Shown piece by piece: positions 1 to 9,274 of a stretch of DNA of 49,933 nt. The notes beneath the pieces are model-generated. The model made no database searches. It saw only the letters and a list, made by a program, of their open reading frames with translations, and was not told the DNA's origin. The DNA is from a virus (lineage: Duplodnaviria > Caudoviricetes): positions 1 to 49,933 of IMG/VR virus record IMGVR_UViG_3300037483_000858. The stretch is one strand, 5' to 3'. Position numbers and translations under genes: made by a program. Each line of letters begins with the position of its first letter. Position 1 is the first letter of the stretch.

Positions 1-101
1 CTCCAGGCTCTCTGCTTGCGGCTTCAGTGCGTCGACTTCGGCCTGCAAGGTGTTCTTCACATCGACCAGTTGGCGGATGCGACGCTGGGCGTTCGGCGTG
101 T
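1..101. repeat. Terminal overlap, identical to 49833-49933 except position 4 (circular assembly)
   Basis: Direct comparison: ctccaggctctctg...ggcgtgt vs ctctaggctctctg...ggcgtgt. The mismatch is synonymous (CTG/CTA Leu) in the scaffold ORF. Confidence 0.97.
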
Positions 102-366
102 ACTGGCTCGTTTCCTCTTCGGTGGGGTCACCGTCAAGGTCGTCCTCGGCTTCGTCTTTCGACTCGTCCTTGGACTCGTCAGTCGCTTCGATCCCAACAT
201 CCGAGGCCGGCGATTCCTCGTCGCCACCCAGCGCGTCCTTGACGACATCGAGGGTGGTGCGTGTTTCTACGCCTTCCGCGGCGGACGGCTCCGCGGCATT
301 CACGTCCTGTTCGGTAGCTTCGACTTCCGTCTCGACTACCTGGTCTTCGTTTTCCGTTGGCGGCAC
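1..366 (-). CDS. Capsid scaffolding protein, N-terminal part (continues at 49832-49209 across the circular junction)
   Basis: GTG at 366 opens an acidic ORF MPPTENEDQVVETEVEATEQ...NAQRRIRQLVDVKNTLQAEVDALKPQAESLE that is in frame with 49209-49892. It lies between portal and MCP. Confidence 0.8.
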   Translation of the reverse strand, partial: MPPTENEDQVVETEVEATEQDVNAAEPSAAEGVETRTTLDVVKDALGGDEESPASDVGIEATDESKDESKDEAEDDLDGDPTEEETSQYTPNAQRRIRQLVDVKNTLQAEVDALKPQAESLE

Positions 367-429
367 GGATATACGCCCTTGTCAAACAATGTTGCCCTAC
401 AATCGCATATTAAAGCGACATTCGCAACA

Positions 430-2541
430 TCATAATGGCAGCATGCCCTGCTCGGGCGCCGGGTAGGCCGGCTGCGGCCCTTCCTGCCCCTGGTCGGGTG
501 CCTGCTGATTGTTCTGGCCTTCCGGTCCCTGCTGCGCCGGATCGGCCGTCGGATCCTGCATGTTGGACGGCGGACGACCGGCGATGGCGTTGAGCGCCTG
601 GATCGACGGCATGCCCTCGACGTAGATGCTCTCCAGATCGAGATCGAGCAGGCTGGTATACTTGTCGACCAACGGGCCGGGGGGCACGCCGGGAAGCTGG
701 ATGAGGAACGGCATGCCGCGCTCCATGTTGGCCAGGTCCGCGGAGCGGTTCGGCCGACCGGAGCTTCCCGCCTTGATCTCGAGAAAGATGTCCTTGGCCA
801 CGGTCTCGCGCGTTTCCTGCACGTCAGGCCACACCGCCCCGGGCCCGACGATCTCGATCACGGTTTCCTTGGAAAGCTCCATCAACATCAGATGACCGCC
901 GGCACGCGCCAGGTTGGTGAGCACCCCGTCGAGATCGTCGGCATTGTCGGCCAGGCCGCTGTTCTGCGAGTTCTGCGCGATCGACGCCTCGGTGGCAGTC
1001 GAATCCGACGTGGCGCCCAGCGTCGCCTCCTGCGCGCCGACGGTGCGCAACAGGTCGTTGAAGTGCATCTCGACCTCGTAAAGGTTCGGGTCGATCGGCG
1101 CAGTCGGCCCGCGCTGGAGCAAGTCTTCCACCTTCTGGCCAGCCAAAATCGCCTGAATCTTGATGATCTCGTGCGCAGCGTGGTTGCCGAGCTTGAGCAG
1201 GTCCGCTTCTTCGATACCCGGAGCTGTAACGTAGTACGGCTTCGCCGCGATGCGGTGCTCGCGCAGCCCCTCGCGCGACCGGTTATATTCTTTCTGGATG
1301 TGGCGCGAAAGCCACACATCGCTCGGCGGGTACAGCTTCGTCTTGCTCTCGATCTCGTTGAAGACCAGCGCGAACACGTTGAAGAACCGCTCCAGATAGA
1401 CGTCCGGCGACGCCGGCTCGCGAATGAAGTCGCAGTAGCCGTCGATCACGGTGAACACCTGCTGGTTCACCTTGTCCTGCACCTCCCACACCTTGGCGCA
1501 GCCGTCGTCCTTCTTCTCGGCCACCGCTCCCTTGTCGGTGTAGCCCATGAACTCGCCCTTGATGTCGACACCGTAGGTTTCCAGCACCTCTCGCGGCGAC
1601 ATGTCGAACTCGTGGGCGATCCAGCGAGCGCCAGCGAACGTCTTGAGGTGGCGGCACTTCTTGTCGATGATGATCTCCTGCGCCCGCGGGAAGTCGATCA
1701 CCGGCCCCTCGCGCACCAGCAGCGTCTCCTGGTCCTCGAGGTCGCGCAGGTTGAGCCGCAGCTGCTCGACCTCAGCGCGGGTCTCGTCCATCTCCTCGGC
1801 CGCGATCTCGCTCAGGGTCGCCTCGGTCGCCTTGATCTTCGACGTGACGTCCTCGATCGCCGAGGTGATGTCCGGCCGCTTCTCGAGGATGCGCTGGAAG
1901 CCGAGCTTGAAGTAGCTGACGCCGCACACCTTGGTGCGCCGCACCGCCGCCTTGATCTGCTCCTTGTAGCCGTAGGTCTGCTCGTCCATGTAGTATTTCC
2001 ACAGGATCTGCAGGGTCTTGCCCATCTGGTCGAACTGGCGCATCTGCTGCTGCGCCTGCGCCACTTCGGCCAGCAGCGCCATCGCATTGGGATCGACCAT
2101 CGGCTGGCCGGTCATCGGGTCGACGTTCTGCATGCCGGCCTGCGCCTGCATCATCGCCATCTGCAGCGACTCCGGCTTGCCATCCCAAATCTGGAACATC
2201 AGCCGTTCCTTGCGGCTGGCGATCGCCGTCGGGTTCTTGGCGTAAAGCTGCGACACCGCCTGGTTGATGTGGCGGTTGATGACTGGCACGACGTAATTGT
2301 CACCCTCCACCCATGACTCCTCGTCGCCGTCCTCGGCGATCTGCATGCACAGGTCCATGCGCTTGAAGGCCGCCTCGTGGTGCTGCTTGGAATCCTTGAT
2401 CCGCGCGATCCACTCCTTGACCAGCGCGGAGCGCGCCGGGTCCACGTCGTAGTCGCCCGACGCCTTGTCGCCGCGCACCAGCGCGCCGGAGCCCGCATCC
2501 TCGGACGTGTTTACCGAATGGCCTTCGACGTCGTCTTCCAT
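430..2541 (-). CDS. Portal protein (~703 aa)
   Basis: Directly follows TerL; podoviral portal-like size and composition with Gln/Pro-rich C-terminus. Start chosen at ATG 2541 (MEDDVEGH), just after the TerL stop. Confidence 0.8.
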   Translation of the reverse strand: MEDDVEGHSVNTSEDAGSGALVRGDKASGDYDVDPARSALVKEWIARIKDSKQHHEAAFKRMDLCMQIAEDGDEESWVEGDNYVVPVINRHINQAVSQLYAKNPTAIASRKERLMFQIWDGKPESLQMAMMQAQAGMQNVDPMTGQPMVDPNAMALLAEVAQAQQQMRQFDQMGKTLQILWKYYMDEQTYGYKEQIKAAVRRTKVCGVSYFKLGFQRILEKRPDITSAIEDVTSKIKATEATLSEIAAEEMDETRAEVEQLRLNLRDLEDQETLLVREGPVIDFPRAQEIIIDKKCRHLKTFAGARWIAHEFDMSPREVLETYGVDIKGEFMGYTDKGAVAEKKDDGCAKVWEVQDKVNQQVFTVIDGYCDFIREPASPDVYLERFFNVFALVFNEIESKTKLYPPSDVWLSRHIQKEYNRSREGLREHRIAAKPYYVTAPGIEEADLLKLGNHAAHEIIKIQAILAGQKVEDLLQRGPTAPIDPNLYEVEMHFNDLLRTVGAQEATLGATSDSTATEASIAQNSQNSGLADNADDLDGVLTNLARAGGHLMLMELSKETVIEIVGPGAVWPDVQETRETVAKDIFLEIKAGSSGRPNRSADLANMERGMPFLIQLPGVPPGPLVDKYTSLLDLDLESIYVEGMPSIQALNAIAGRPPSNMQDPTADPAQQGPEGQNNQQAPDQGQEGPQPAYPAPEQGMLPL

Positions 2542-2543
2542 GG

Positions 2544-4187
2544 CTACCAGCCTTTGTTGGCGGCGGCGCGCTGTTCGGCGCCGACCCGTGCTTTGGTGTT
2601 GGCGAGGATCCAGCCGATCGAGCCGGTCGGATGCGGGTTGTCGTTGGCCGGGCGACGCTTGGCCGGGCCGTATTCCTTGTCGAGCCCCTGGCCGACGTGG
2701 GCGATGAAGTCGACGAAGTCGTCCTTGGCGGCGCGCGGGAATTTCAGCAGTTGCTGGCGGGCGTCCTTGTACCAGGGCGCGAACCGCGGGAAGCGCACCA
2801 TGCCCATGGACATGCGACCCTGGATCGACCGAGCCCGGGTCATCTTGTCCTTGGACGGCGTCACCGGGTCGATCGTGACGTAGGTGTTGCTCTCGCGCAT
2901 GCGCTTGCGCAGGAACGGGCCGAACGACTTGGAAATGAGCTCGCTTTCCAGCCACCACAGTTGCGGCTTGTGCAGCTTGAACTGGCGGATCAATTCCTCG
3001 ACCGTCTTGTCGGTCTCCATCTGCCGCCAGGCGACGTCCGGCATGATCCAGAGGTTGTCGTCCTTGTCGACGCCGACACAGCCGATCACGGTATAGTCGC
3101 GGCCCTGCTTCTCGCTCACTGCGTGGTCGGAGGCGCCATACATGCGCAGATCGGCGCGCGGCGGCAGGTCGGCCAGGTCGTACTCGACGAGGTATTCCGC
3201 CTTGAAATAGTCGCCGTCGTCGGGCGACGGCTTGCCCATGACCAGCGCGTCGAAGCTCGCCGCATCACCCGCGCGCCACTCGGCGAAGAACTGCAAATTC
3301 TTCTCCTTGGCGTAGAGCGCCGACATCGGCACGTCGCCGAACTGCTCGATCACCGCCGGGTCGGTCGGCTGCTCGAGCGTCAGGCCGAGTGCCTTGGCGA
3401 GCTTCGGATCGGTGACGACGCCGGGAAGGTTCCAGTAGTCCCACTTGGAGATGTCGTGCTTAAACCGCTTGCCGCGCTCAGGATGATCCGGGTCGACCAG
3501 CCGGCCGATCAAGTCATCCTCGGCCCATCGAGTGTGCAGCACGATCATCCGGGTGGTGTTGCCGCCGCGCGAGAAGGCCACGGCGAAGAACTTCTTCCAG
3601 TTCTGCTCACGCAATAGTTCCGATTGCGCGTCCTCGTCGTCCTTGATCGGATCGTCGATGATGAAATAGTCGGCAGTACGACCGGTTATCGAGCCGCGCA
3701 AACCGGCGAACACGATGCGACCGCCCTTGGTCGTCATCATGCTGGTCTTCGACTGCGAACCCTTGAGTAACCGGAAATCCGGGAACACCTGCTTGAACTG
3801 CGTCGAGTTGACAGCCTGCAGGAACAGTTCGCCAAGCTCCGACGCGCGCGTGTCGTTGTAGCTGGCGACGATGATGCGCGCGCCCGGGTTGCGCCCGGCA
3901 ATCCATGCCGGTCCGAGCGTCGAGAGATGGATCGTTTTTCCGTGCTGAGGAGCGATCGAAACTGCCGTGCGCCGACGCTTGCCCGCTTCAGTCTCCTCGA
4001 TCACCTTGCAGAGCAAATCACCCTGTGGCGTGTCGTCATATACCGTCTTGCCCGGGTCATCCGGGAACTCGGTATCCGGCATCATGAACCGCATGAAGGG
4101 CTTCATGTGCTCGCCAGCTTCCCGGGCGGCCAGCATGCGCTTGGCGGCAAGGACGCGCGCCTCGAGGTCGTCGTTGCGCTCAGTCAC
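2544..4187 (-). CDS. terL: Terminase large subunit
   Basis: Walker A-like SIAPQHGKT, Walker B GRTADYFIIDDPIKD, coupling motif LHTRW, nuclease motifs GASDHAVSE..DYT and FPRAAKDDFVD. Confidence 0.95.
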   Translation of the reverse strand: MTERNDDLEARVLAAKRMLAAREAGEHMKPFMRFMMPDTEFPDDPGKTVYDDTPQGDLLCKVIEETEAGKRRRTAVSIAPQHGKTIHLSTLGPAWIAGRNPGARIIVASYNDTRASELGELFLQAVNSTQFKQVFPDFRLLKGSQSKTSMMTTKGGRIVFAGLRGSITGRTADYFIIDDPIKDDEDAQSELLREQNWKKFFAVAFSRGGNTTRMIVLHTRWAEDDLIGRLVDPDHPERGKRFKHDISKWDYWNLPGVVTDPKLAKALGLTLEQPTDPAVIEQFGDVPMSALYAKEKNLQFFAEWRAGDAASFDALVMGKPSPDDGDYFKAEYLVEYDLADLPPRADLRMYGASDHAVSEKQGRDYTVIGCVGVDKDDNLWIMPDVAWRQMETDKTVEELIRQFKLHKPQLWWLESELISKSFGPFLRKRMRESNTYVTIDPVTPSKDKMTRARSIQGRMSMGMVRFPRFAPWYKDARQQLLKFPRAAKDDFVDFIAHVGQGLDKEYGPAKRRPANDNPHPTGSIGWILANTKARVGAEQRAAANKGW

Positions 4188-4471
4188 TTGGTCTGCTCCA
4201 CCAGCTTGACCAGCAGGGAGTCGATGCGCTCGTTGGTGCGCCGCTGCTCGTCGCGCATGGCGATCAGCATCGTCTCGATGCGGGTGATGTGCCCGGTCAG
4301 GTCGTCGCGCCGGACGTATTCGTCGCGCACCTTGTTGACCCGCTGGTGCAGTTCGGCGTCGCCGTCGGCGATCGTCTTGGCCACCTGGCGGTCGCGCACG
4401 ATGAAACCGCCTATCGTGGCCGCTGCCGCTGCAGCCGCGGCGAATAGCTCGGTGGTCGAGAAGTCCACCAT
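4184..4471 (-). CDS. Small N-terminally membrane-anchored coiled-coil protein (holin-like)
   Basis: Hydrophobic N-terminus followed by a coiled coil (EYVRRDDL...RIDSLL); overlaps the TerL start. Confidence 0.5.
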   Translation of the reverse strand: MVDFSTTELFAAAAAAAATIGGFIVRDRQVAKTIADGDAELHQRVNKVRDEYVRRDDLTGHITRIETMLIAMRDEQRRTNERIDSLLVKLVEQTK

Positions 4472-4785
4472 CAGAACGCCCGGGTCAGGAGGTAGGCGAC
4501 GGCCAGCGCGGGCGGCAGCGGCCCGACGGTCTCGACGATCTTCTGCACGTTGAGCGTGCCGTCAGCCGAGAACCACTGCCATGGGAGCCAGCCCTGCTCG
4601 AACGACAGATCCTTGCGGGTCTGGCGCTGCGTCACCTCGCGGAAGTAGACGTAGCCGAGCCAGCCGGCGAGCGCGGCGGCGAAGAACGGCGGCAGCAGCG
4701 CGAACAGCGCCAGATTGACGGCGCCGCCGACGATTGCCAGAATGGTGTGGAGGATTGTGTCTTTCACGGCCGCCGGCTCTGCCAC
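4471..4785 (-). CDS. Hypothetical membrane protein (about 3 hydrophobic segments)
   Basis: 104 aa, coupled stop/start with the downstream gene, preceded by a promoter. Confidence 0.6.
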   Translation of the reverse strand: MAEPAAVKDTILHTILAIVGGAVNLALFALLPPFFAAALAGWLGYVYFREVTQRQTRKDLSFEQGWLPWQWFSADGTLNVQKIVETVGPLPPALAVAYLLTRAF

Positions 4786-4827
4786 AGGGTTGCCGACAGC
4801 GAACGGCCGTTACGCTAGATCACGACG

Positions 4828-4856
4828 AATATAGCCTGTCGGGCGACGTAGTGCAA
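4828..4856 (-). promoter_or_regulatory. Sigma70-like promoter TTGCAC-N17-TATATT for the membrane genes/terL/portal
   Basis: Exact 17-nt spacing; near-copy of the promoter at 6673-6701. Confidence 0.6.
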
Positions 4857-4885
4857 CAAAAGGCACATTTTTCGACGCGAGGCCA

Positions 4886-5398
4886 CTACGCGCCGGCAAT
4901 CTTGAATTCAGCTTCCTTGAAGCGAGGTACTGTCCCGCTGGTCGCGCCGACCTTGAGCAGCCCGAAATAGCGAAACCCGTGCGCAGGCATGCCCGTTATC
5001 GCCTGCACGGTGGCGCCGTTGATGCCGGTCCACGTGAAACTGTTGAACTCGGACCAGTTGGTGTTGTCCTGCGAGGCGCGCGCCTTCCATGTTCCCCAGC
5101 TGACAACTCGATCGAACCACGTCTTGATCTCGTCGATGTAGGCTCGCTTGCCGGCGCCGAAGTCGAATGTCCAGAAATCCCCGTCCGCGAAGCTGGCTGA
5201 CGCGAAATCCACGGAATCGTTGTTGTCGGCGACGAAACCGCCATCGACCAGATTGGACAGGGTGCCCCCTCCGATCATCGACGTGACGTTGGCGCTGCAG
5301 GTGACGGTGACCAAACTGGTACGGTCGCCACTGCCGCCGGCATTGGTGTAGGATGTGACGGGAATCCCCGCCGTCGCCAGCATGAGACCGTTCAGCAT
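4886..5398 (-). CDS. Putative secondary receptor-binding protein with a discoidin/F5-8 type C-like domain (170 aa)
   Basis: ATG 5398 overlaps the tail fibre stop. WTFDFG..IDEIK..ASQDNTNW..FRYF pattern of galactose-binding-like folds. Confidence 0.6.
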   Translation of the reverse strand: MLNGLMLATAGIPVTSYTNAGGSGDRTSLVTVTCSANVTSMIGGGTLSNLVDGGFVADNNDSVDFASASFADGDFWTFDFGAGKRAYIDEIKTWFDRVVSWGTWKARASQDNTNWSEFNSFTWTGINGATVQAITGMPAHGFRYFGLLKVGATSGTVPRFKEAEFKIAGA

Positions 5399-6618
5399 TA
5401 CGGCGACGCCATCGCTACGCCGGCCGCGAAGCCGTACCAGATCGTGCCCTCGTCGATCGTCGTGAAGACGAGGATGTCGACGCCCGAAGCAGTCAGCACC
5501 GGGGCCGTACCGCCGGCCCAATCGACGGATGCGGGCCAGTTGACCGTCTGACTGCCGCCGTTCGTCAGGTAGAGCTTGAATCCGCCCTCGACGCCGGTAG
5601 CCGGCGGATTGCTGAACGTGAACGTCGTTTCGCTGGTGTCGACCGTCGCGCTGACGACGTTTCCGAGCTCGAGATCGATGTCCTGCGTGCCGCCGCCGAT
5701 CGCGCCGATGATGTTGACCGTCTCACCATAGTCGATCAGCTTCGGACGGGACAATGTGTTGTCGGCGAAGCTCTGCGCGCCGGTGAACGTGTTGGCGCCG
5801 AGCGTCGCCAGGGTAGCCGTCACCGCAGGCAGCGTCACGGTGTAGTCCGCCGCGATCGATTGCGGCGGCGTGAGCGTGGCGGTGTGCGCGCCGTTGTCGG
5901 TGTCCTCGCCCAGCACGATCTTGCCCGCGGCCGTAGCCGTGCCGGCAATCGTGATCGTACCGGACATCGACAGCGTGCCAACGTTGGCCATGTTGCCGGT
6001 CGTGTCGGCCACGGTGACGACGCTGTTCTGCAGTGCGCCGAGCGTGCTGTCCCACCGTGCCAGCGCATTGTCCGTCACCGCGCCGTCTCCGATCTCCAGC
6101 AGCGCGCGCACCTGCGCCACCGTCAGATCCTCCGGCACGCCTTCCGACACGCGCCGCCCCTTGATGGTCGACGCCGCCATGTCGGCCAGCTTGGCGTTGG
6201 CGAGCGAGCCGTCGTCGATGGTGTTGGAGGTCGATAGATCGGCGAGCAGTTCCCACTTCACCGCCGCCAGATCGGTCGCGAACGTGCCGGACGTATGCGT
6301 GGTGCGGCAGACGTAGAACTTGTTGGCGTTAAAGATCGTGTCGACGTCCGCGACGTAGTTGGTCCCGGTCAGCCACTGCGTCGGCGAGTTGAAGCCGATC
6401 GCCAGCGACGGCGCCAGCTGGTCGTTGCCGACCGCCTCGTTGGCCAGCTCGCCGTCGTCGCGCTGCAGGAGCGCCAGGTTGTTCAGGATCTCGTCGAGCG
6501 TGATCTTGACCTGGTTGAACTCGCTGTCGAGCGAAGTGCCGGACATCGGCGCGCTTGGCGACGCGGCCTGATAGTCCTGGAAGCTGACCTGACGGTTGTA
6601 GGCAGTCGGTTGTGCCAT
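5398..6618 (-). CDS. Tail fibre protein (406 aa)
   Basis: N-terminal LDSEFN..LQRDDG attachment-like region, CBM-like YVCRTTHTSGTF..W segment, Thr/Ala/Gly-rich shaft, C-terminal WAGGTAPVLTASGVDIL domain. Confidence 0.8.
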   Translation of the reverse strand: MAQPTAYNRQVSFQDYQAASPSAPMSGTSLDSEFNQVKITLDEILNNLALLQRDDGELANEAVGNDQLAPSLAIGFNSPTQWLTGTNYVADVDTIFNANKFYVCRTTHTSGTFATDLAAVKWELLADLSTSNTIDDGSLANAKLADMAASTIKGRRVSEGVPEDLTVAQVRALLEIGDGAVTDNALARWDSTLGALQNSVVTVADTTGNMANVGTLSMSGTITIAGTATAAGKIVLGEDTDNGAHTATLTPPQSIAADYTVTLPAVTATLATLGANTFTGAQSFADNTLSRPKLIDYGETVNIIGAIGGGTQDIDLELGNVVSATVDTSETTFTFSNPPATGVEGGFKLYLTNGGSQTVNWPASVDWAGGTAPVLTASGVDILVFTTIDEGTIWYGFAAGVAMASP

Positions 6619-6672
6619 GCTGGTCTCGCGGCTGTTCAACCGGCGGCGACGCGGCCATTACGCCCTGCGACG

Positions 6673-6719
6673 AATGTAGCGTGTCGCTCGTTGTCGCGCA
6701 ACAAGAATTGATCTATGCT
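6673..6719. promoter_or_regulatory. Overlapping divergent promoters: minus TTGCGC-N17-TACATT (tail fibre), plus TTGTCG-N17-TATGCT (peptidase gene)
   Basis: Both hexamer pairs have 17-nt spacers and lie in the intergenic gap. Confidence 0.55.
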
Positions 6720-6750
6720 ACGGCCGACCCTGTCTCCGGAGCCACGCGCC

Positions 6751-7953
6751 ATGTCCGATCTTTCCAACTTCCTGCTCGCAGGCAAGAACCGCAGCCACAT
6801 CGACGGCATGGATCCCCGCCTCGCCGAGCGGCTGGCCGCACTGCTCGCCGCGGTGCCGGGTGCTACCATCTATTCCGGCTACCGCGACCCGGATCACCAG
6901 CGCAAGCTGTTCGAGAACGCGGTCGCCAAGTACGGATCGCCGCAGGCCGCGCGCAAATGGGTCGCCCCGCCAGGCAAGTCGCAGCACAACAAGGGTTCGG
7001 CCGCCGATCTCAGGTTCGCCTCGCCGGAAGCGCGAAAAGCGTTCCACGAGCGGGCCCCCGACTTCGGCCTGGCCTTCCCGCTCGGTCACGAGCCGTGGCA
7101 CGTCGAGCTCGCCGGAGCGCGCAAGGGCCATGTGGCCGAATACGCGCCATCCGGCGGTGGCGAGCCGCTTCAGGCGACCGATCTGCTGATGGACTTGCAG
7201 AATCCGGCGCCAGCGCGGCGCGCTGGGGGCGATCTGGCGCCTTCGGCACCCGATCCAACCAAAATGTCGCTCGACAACGACCAGATGAGCGGAACCGACC
7301 TGCTGCTGGAGCTCCAGAGAAGCCCGAGCGGTCAGACGGTGTCGCCGAGGGCCGAAAATGCAACTCCGGTTGGCCCCGACATGGACTTCGTGCCGAAAAT
7401 CGACCCGCAAGCAGTCGAATTTGCCCCGCCGCGGCGCCCGATCACGCCGACTCCGCCCGTTGCAGCCGCTCCGGCACCCGCAACGCCAGATATCTGGTCG
7501 CCGCCGGTGATCGATCGACAGTTGTCGCGCGGCGATCCGTCCGACAACCCCGCTTTTCCGCCGCAGCCGCGGCCGAATATGGCGCGGATGGCCAACGTGC
7601 CGCAGCCGATGGCCAAGCCGTCGCCTGAATCGATCGTTCCGCAGCCGTCGCAGGGGCCGCCAACGCTTTCCGCCAAGCGGAAGGACGATCCGCTGCTCGA
7701 TGCGCTGTTGTCGCGTCGGCCAGGGGGTGGCGGGGGCGCCCCGGTGGGCGAAAGGCCGCGTCCGGAGATGGATCTGGGCGACCAGGGGTCGATTCTCGAC
7801 GGGGTGGCGCCGCTGCAGATGGCTCAGGTGGCGCCGACGGACACGCCAGGCAGCGATCTCACGTCTCTGGGGGCGATTCTGGCGCGTATTCTTCAGGAAG
7901 CTCTTGCTCCACAGATTTCGCTGCAACAGCGGCAGGCGGCTGGGCTGGTTTAG
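6751..7953 (+). CDS. M15-family (VanY/D-Ala-D-Ala peptidase-like) peptidoglycan hydrolase with a long Pro-rich C-terminus
   Basis: SGYR..Q..LF, APPGKSQHNKGSAAD (SxHxxGxAxD) and EPWH motifs in the first ~125 aa. Confidence 0.85.
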   Translation: MSDLSNFLLAGKNRSHIDGMDPRLAERLAALLAAVPGATIYSGYRDPDHQRKLFENAVAKYGSPQAARKWVAPPGKSQHNKGSAADLRFASPEARKAFHERAPDFGLAFPLGHEPWHVELAGARKGHVAEYAPSGGGEPLQATDLLMDLQNPAPARRAGGDLAPSAPDPTKMSLDNDQMSGTDLLLELQRSPSGQTVSPRAENATPVGPDMDFVPKIDPQAVEFAPPRRPITPTPPVAAAPAPATPDIWSPPVIDRQLSRGDPSDNPAFPPQPRPNMARMANVPQPMAKPSPESIVPQPSQGPPTLSAKRKDDPLLDALLSRRPGGGGGAPVGERPRPEMDLGDQGSILDGVAPLQMAQVAPTDTPGSDLTSLGAILARILQEALAPQISLQQRQAAGLV

Positions 7954-8171
7954 TCCGCCGGAGGGGCAGGAACAGGCATCCAGTGGGTAGGCGCGACAAT
8001 CGTCGGGCCGTAGTACTCCGTGTCCGCTACGTCGAAGGCATTGTATGTGCGGTCAACAAGCGCCACTTCGGTTGCGTAGTCCGAATCACCGGACCACTCG
8101 CCGACCCATTTGCCCCCAAAAACCAAGAATCTACCGTCCTTCGGCGCTGTCTCGATCGGTTGCCAGTCCAT
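7950..8171 (-). CDS. DUF551-like phage protein
   Basis: MDWQPIETAPKDG ... PTHWMPVPAPP signature. Confidence 0.85.
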   Translation of the reverse strand: MDWQPIETAPKDGRFLVFGGKWVGEWSGDSDYATEVALVDRTYNAFDVADTEYYGPTIVAPTHWMPVPAPPAD

Positions 8172-8172
8172 C

Positions 8173-8379
8173 TCAGGTCTCCCACGTCCACGGGCCGCAC
8201 TTCCACGTCCGGCCACGGATCGAGTTGCGCAGGTCGCGTGCATGCGCGTTGGCCGACGCATACAGTTGCTGCTCAGGCGTCCGGCACCGCGCGCGGTGCT
8301 CTGCCTCGTGGCGGCGCTGCTGCGCGATGGCGGCTTGATGTGCTTGCGACTGGGCCAGAACGCCGAAGATGCCGAGCAT
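8173..8379 (-). CDS. Hypothetical protein (68 aa)
   Basis: Fills the gap in a tightly packed minus-strand operon. Confidence 0.45.
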   Translation of the reverse strand: MLGIFGVLAQSQAHQAAIAQQRRHEAEHRARCRTPEQQLYASANAHARDLRNSIRGRTWKCGPWTWET

Positions 8380-8465
8380 CACGACGCACCGTTCAGCTTG
8401 GCCAGCACGATAATCGCGAAGACCGCGACCGCGATGCCGGCGACGATGAGCAGGGTGGGGTTCAT
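8379..8465 (-). CDS. Small single-TM protein (28 aa, MNPTLLIVAGIAVAVFAIIVLAKLNGAS)
   Basis: Overlapping stop/start with neighbours; hydrophobic helix. Confidence 0.45.
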   Translation of the reverse strand: MNPTLLIVAGIAVAVFAIIVLAKLNGAS

Positions 8466-8659
8466 GGCTCGACCGCCTGCGGTGGATTGAGCTCGTCCCA
8501 CGCGGCAATGGCCTGCGTGGCGGCATTCTCTACGTTGTAGCCGGCCCGCTCGATCAGCGACTGTATGATCGCCAGCACGAACATCTCGCGGCGAATGGTG
8601 GCGGTGGGGAAGTGCTGGATGCCATCGTGGCAGTCGCAGTTGCACTCGGCTGTGGGCAT
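8462..8659 (-). CDS. Hypothetical protein (65 aa)
   Basis: Strong RBS GAGGAG upstream of the ATG. Confidence 0.6.
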   Translation of the reverse strand: MPTAECNCDCHDGIQHFPTATIRREMFVLAIIQSLIERAGYNVENAATQAIAAWDELNPPQAVEP

Positions 8660-8685
8660 TGTCGTCTCCTCGGGGTTTTAAGGTT

Positions 8686-8729
8686 CCCCCGACCGGCGGG
8701 GCAGGAGGGGAGGACGCACCGGTCGGGGG
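8686..8729. other. 11-bp inverted repeat (cccccgaccgg / ccggtcggggg), possible processing or terminator hairpin
   Basis: Perfect stem with a 22-nt loop in the intergenic gap. Confidence 0.45.
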
Positions 8730-8753
8730 TTATCGCCCGGGATTGGGCGAATT

Positions 8754-8885
8754 TCAGAACTGGGGGTTGCCTTCGATCTCCTCGACCGCGGCGTCAAGAG
8801 CCTCAAGAATGTCCCAATCGCTCGCGCCCTGCTCGCGCCACTTGGCGATCAGTTCGGTCAGTTCGGTCTCGAAGGTCGCGCCCAT
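8754..8885 (-). CDS. Small acidic hypothetical protein (43 aa, MGATFETELTELIAKW...)
   Basis: RBS GAGGAGG; translated by hand (not in the ORF track). Confidence 0.6.
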   Translation of the reverse strand: MGATFETELTELIAKWREQGASDWDILEALDAAVEEIEGNPQF

Positions 8886-8912
8886 GGGTGGTTCCCTCCT
8901 CGGGGGTTAGGT

Positions 8913-9047
8913 TGATCGGCGGGCCGTATCTACGGACGTCTCCTCTTCCCGGCCGGTTTCCGGCTTCGCCCTCACGGGCTCCACCGCTTTCCGCCTCCTG
9001 CCGCTAAACAGGGTCGGCGTTGCATCGCGTCACACCGCCGCCGATCA
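8913..9047 (-). ncRNA. Candidate structured leader/small RNA
   Basis: 10-bp closing stem (tgatcggcgg / ccgccgatca) enclosing hairpins gccc-GTGA-gggc, gccgg-aaa-ccggc and ccgt-agat-acgg. Begins just after a TTGCCA-N17-CATTGT promoter-like sequence. Confidence 0.5.
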
Positions 9048-9274
9048 GTAGCGCGACAATGGCATACATTTCAGGCAATGGCAAGAGGGGTGATATCTGA
9101 AAATTTTTGCAATTTTCTGCGGACGGGTGAAACGGTCGCCGCAGAGCACGCCGGCCCCCTCCCCAGGGGTCGGGTCCGGCCTGGCTGCTCGAGCGTGGTC
9201 AGCTGGCGCAGAACATGGCCGATCGCCCTGTTTCCGCCCCGTTTGGGCGTGGAGTATTGAGGGATATCAGTGTA

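Noticed and set aside
2542-2958. N-terminal extension of the portal ORF (842 aa in the track)
   Set aside because: Overlaps terL out of frame; the real start is most likely ATG 2541.
4886-6618. Diversity-generating retroelement targeting the fibre genes
   Set aside because: No reverse transcriptase and no TR/VR repeat pair were found.
8955-8990. Hammerhead ribozyme (GAGCCC-GTGA-GGGCGAAGC resembles stem II)
   Set aside because: The core CUGAnGA and GAAA are not conserved (CGGTGGA / GAAG).
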